Part shown: one piece after another, positions 61,918 through 64,000 of the stretch
How the letters are laid out: every line of letters starts with the position of its first letter
How positions within the stretch are numbered: the first letter of the stretch is position 1
DNA from: Azolla caroliniana
Taxonomy: Eukaryota; Plantae; Polypodiophyta
DNA: 64,000 nucleotides
Assembly: GCA_043228905.1 (NCBI GenBank)
Contig: JBHGNT010000004.1
Location: 2,170,001-2,234,000, forward strand
Direction: 5' to 3'
Program-made: the position numbers and the translations under genes
Notes under the pieces: generated by a model
Told to the model about the DNA's origin: nothing
The model's input: the letters and a program-made list of their open reading frames with translations, nothing else
Database searches by the model: none

Positions 61918-64000
61918 AAGAGGAATAAAAGATTAGTAGGAAATGAGAGAGACAGAAGGTAGGGAAAATTGGTTCAAACTGTCATGAACAGTACTGAGAC
62001 AGAGAAGGAATTAGTACTAAACGAAGGATTAGTACTATGAGAGGTGTGGAACTTCTGAGAGAGAAGGAAGAAGTGAGCGAGACAGAGAGAAAGAGAGAGA
62101 GTGATGATAAGAAAGATATGTATTATATGAAGAGAATATACAATGGTGGCTAAAAGGCTTAAGACTGGCATTGAACCAATTTGGTTCAACATAATGCCTA
62201 GTGCCCTCTTTTATAGTGTTTTCAGGAGTAATCCTGAAGCTTCTAGAATGTTCCAGAGAAATTTGGAATATACACTAATTTCCTATAATAAAATGTAAAT
62301 GAAAATAATATCCTACGTATTACAATAGATGATCTAATGGTCAAGAGCTCGACCCATATAACCTAAGGTCATGGGTTCGAGTCTTGCCATATCATGACAG
62401 GTTCAGTGGTTACAACCAAATTAGAATGCACCCGGATGATCAGGAGAAAACAACATTTGTCATGGAATGGGGTGTTTTCGTGGCAGAAGTAATGATGTTC
62501 GGTTTAAAAACGGCGCCGACCATATTCTAGCGCATCATCACCGAAATTTTTAACGAGTATATCCCGTCGTTCATGCAAGTCTTTCTCGATGACTTCGTCG
62601 TATATGGTCAGCGACTGGAACACATGACCCAGTTACGTCTCTCTCTTGATTGATGTCACCAGGCTCGGTTAAGTTTAAACACGGCAAAATGCGCGTTCTT
62701 GGTCACAAGCGACAACCTACTCGGGCACATCGTCAGTCAAGAAGGTATTGTTGTGGACCCGGATAAAGTACAAGCCATCCTAAATGCCCCCACACCCTCG
62801 AACGCAAAAGGCCTCAGCTGATTTCTGGGACAAATCAGATGGCACAGCCAGATGATACGCCACCTGGCCGATTTCGCGACAACACTACACGCTGCGGTTC
62901 ATCGACTCCCCTTTCAATGGACTTCAATCGGGGACGAGGCTTACCAAGGATTGAAATTAATGCTCTCGCATGCCCCAGTTGTACAACCCCCAATATGGTC
63001 GAAACCTTTTCATGTCTTCGTGGACGCATCAGATATCGCCATCGGGAGCACACTTATGCAATGCACGCCCCCAAATTGGTATCAGCCAGTGTATTATGCT
63101 AGCCGACGTCTCTCGGCCACGGAAAAGAACTATTCAACCACCGAACGGGAGGCCCTCGGTATGATCTACAACATCAATAAATTTTGGCATACCTGTTAGG
63201 CCGAAAATTCACATTTCACGTCGATCACTCGGCCCTCCTTTACCTAGTCAATAAACAAGCCCTGACAGGTCGATTGGCTCGATGGATGCTCCTATTACAA
63301 GAGTTTGATTTTCATATACAACATCGACCCGGAGTCCAATACGCCGTCGCTGACTATCTAAGCCACCTCGAGTCAGGAGACCCTGCCGAGCCCACATATG
63401 ACGATTTACCCGATGCCGGCCTATTTCATCTCACAACGTTGCCAGACGACAAAGAAGATGAATGGATCACGGAGATGACCCATTTCCTTAGCACTGGCTT
63501 GCCTCTTGACCACATGCCCCTCGATGTACGGAAACGACTCGAAGTATGTAGCCGCAACTTTTGTCTCGTTTCCGACATCCTCTACCACAAAGGGTTGGAC
63601 GGAATATGGCGTCGGGCCATTCGACAATTCGAGAAGAAGGCCATCCTCCAAGAGGCCCACCTAGGAATCGCCAGCGGACACTACGCCGGAGAGTCCACAA
63701 CAAGGAAAGTATGGCAGAGTGGGTTATGGTGGCCTACAACGAAAAAGGATGCCCACGAGTTCTGCCGACAATGCGACTTGTGCCAACGGTTGGGACAGCC
63801 GATGGAATAAGCTCGAATGCCACACCAACCCATTCTTCCATTGGAACCATTTAAAAAATGGGGGTTAGATTTTGTGGGACCCTTCAAACCAGCCGCGGCC
63901 CGAACCGGTAATAAATATATCATCGTGGCCACGGACTACTGCACAAAATGGGTCGAGGCAAAGGCTTTACGAGACAACACGGCAGCATCCACGACCAAAT

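Larger units (their letters stand above)
56704..62399 (-). mobile_element. Full-length chromovirus Ty3/Gypsy element, Tcn1/Tf1-like (element F), inserted in the RT of element E
   Basis: LTRs 56704-57153 and 61980-62399; perfect TSD GGTTC; PPT AAAGGGGGGATAG (57154-57166). Domains: gag, PR (ALLDSGA), RT (KIDLRGAY, YLDD), RH (NYEIHDKELLAIV), IN (GYHPQTDGQ) and chromodomain EYEVAAILDS...YLVDWLGY...TWEP. Confidence 0.97.
48315..64000 (+). mobile_element. Athila/Tat-like (non-chromovirus) Gypsy element, tRNA-Arg-like PBS (element E), runs off the window; own segments 48315-51081, 55937-56703, 62400-64000
   Basis: 5' LTR 48315-~48765; PBS TGGCACGCTCGGT at 48769-48781; gag with CCHC knuckles; PR IIDGGSGVNVMS (~50762); RT (WLSPIVVVPKKNG, FLDG|FSGYNQI, VFLDDF); RNase H (VDASD, NYSTTEREAL); IN (WGLDFVGP). 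Many stops and frameshifts. Confidence 0.9.

Overview
Eukaryotic plant nuclear DNA, probably from a non-seed land plant such as a fern or lycophyte (inferred only from the TE lineages, not demonstrated). Bases 1-31 kb are AT-rich gene space with three protein genes: an intronless class-3 lipase (+), a four-exon At3g15890/PTI1-like receptor-like cytoplasmic kinase (-) and an intronless RLP51/SNC2-like LRR receptor-like protein (-). LINE fragments, MITEs and microsatellites lie between them. Bases ~31.8-64 kb are a GC-rich nest of at least seven LTR-retroelement insertions, most with readable LTRs, PBS, PPT and TSDs. Four belong to a tRNA-Trp-primed Ty3/Gypsy family: one full-length copy, one older partial copy, one solo LTR and one gag-only derivative. 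The others are a Ty1/Copia element, an Arg-primed Athila/Tat-like element and a chromodomain-bearing Tcn1-like element. Most interesting signals: (i) the Trp-primed family has 4-bp GCGT/ACGC TSDs, carries GCGT arrays in some LTRs, and splits its ORFs between protease and RT at a candidate -1 frameshift with a pseudoknot; two diverged copies also share in-frame TAG codons at the same two positions; (ii) the chromovirus has a Tf1-type self-priming signature, a G_UUA_AAC -1 frameshift cassette and a tRNA-like cassette inside both LTRs. All alignments, counts and family assignments were made by eye or from memory; no database searches were run.
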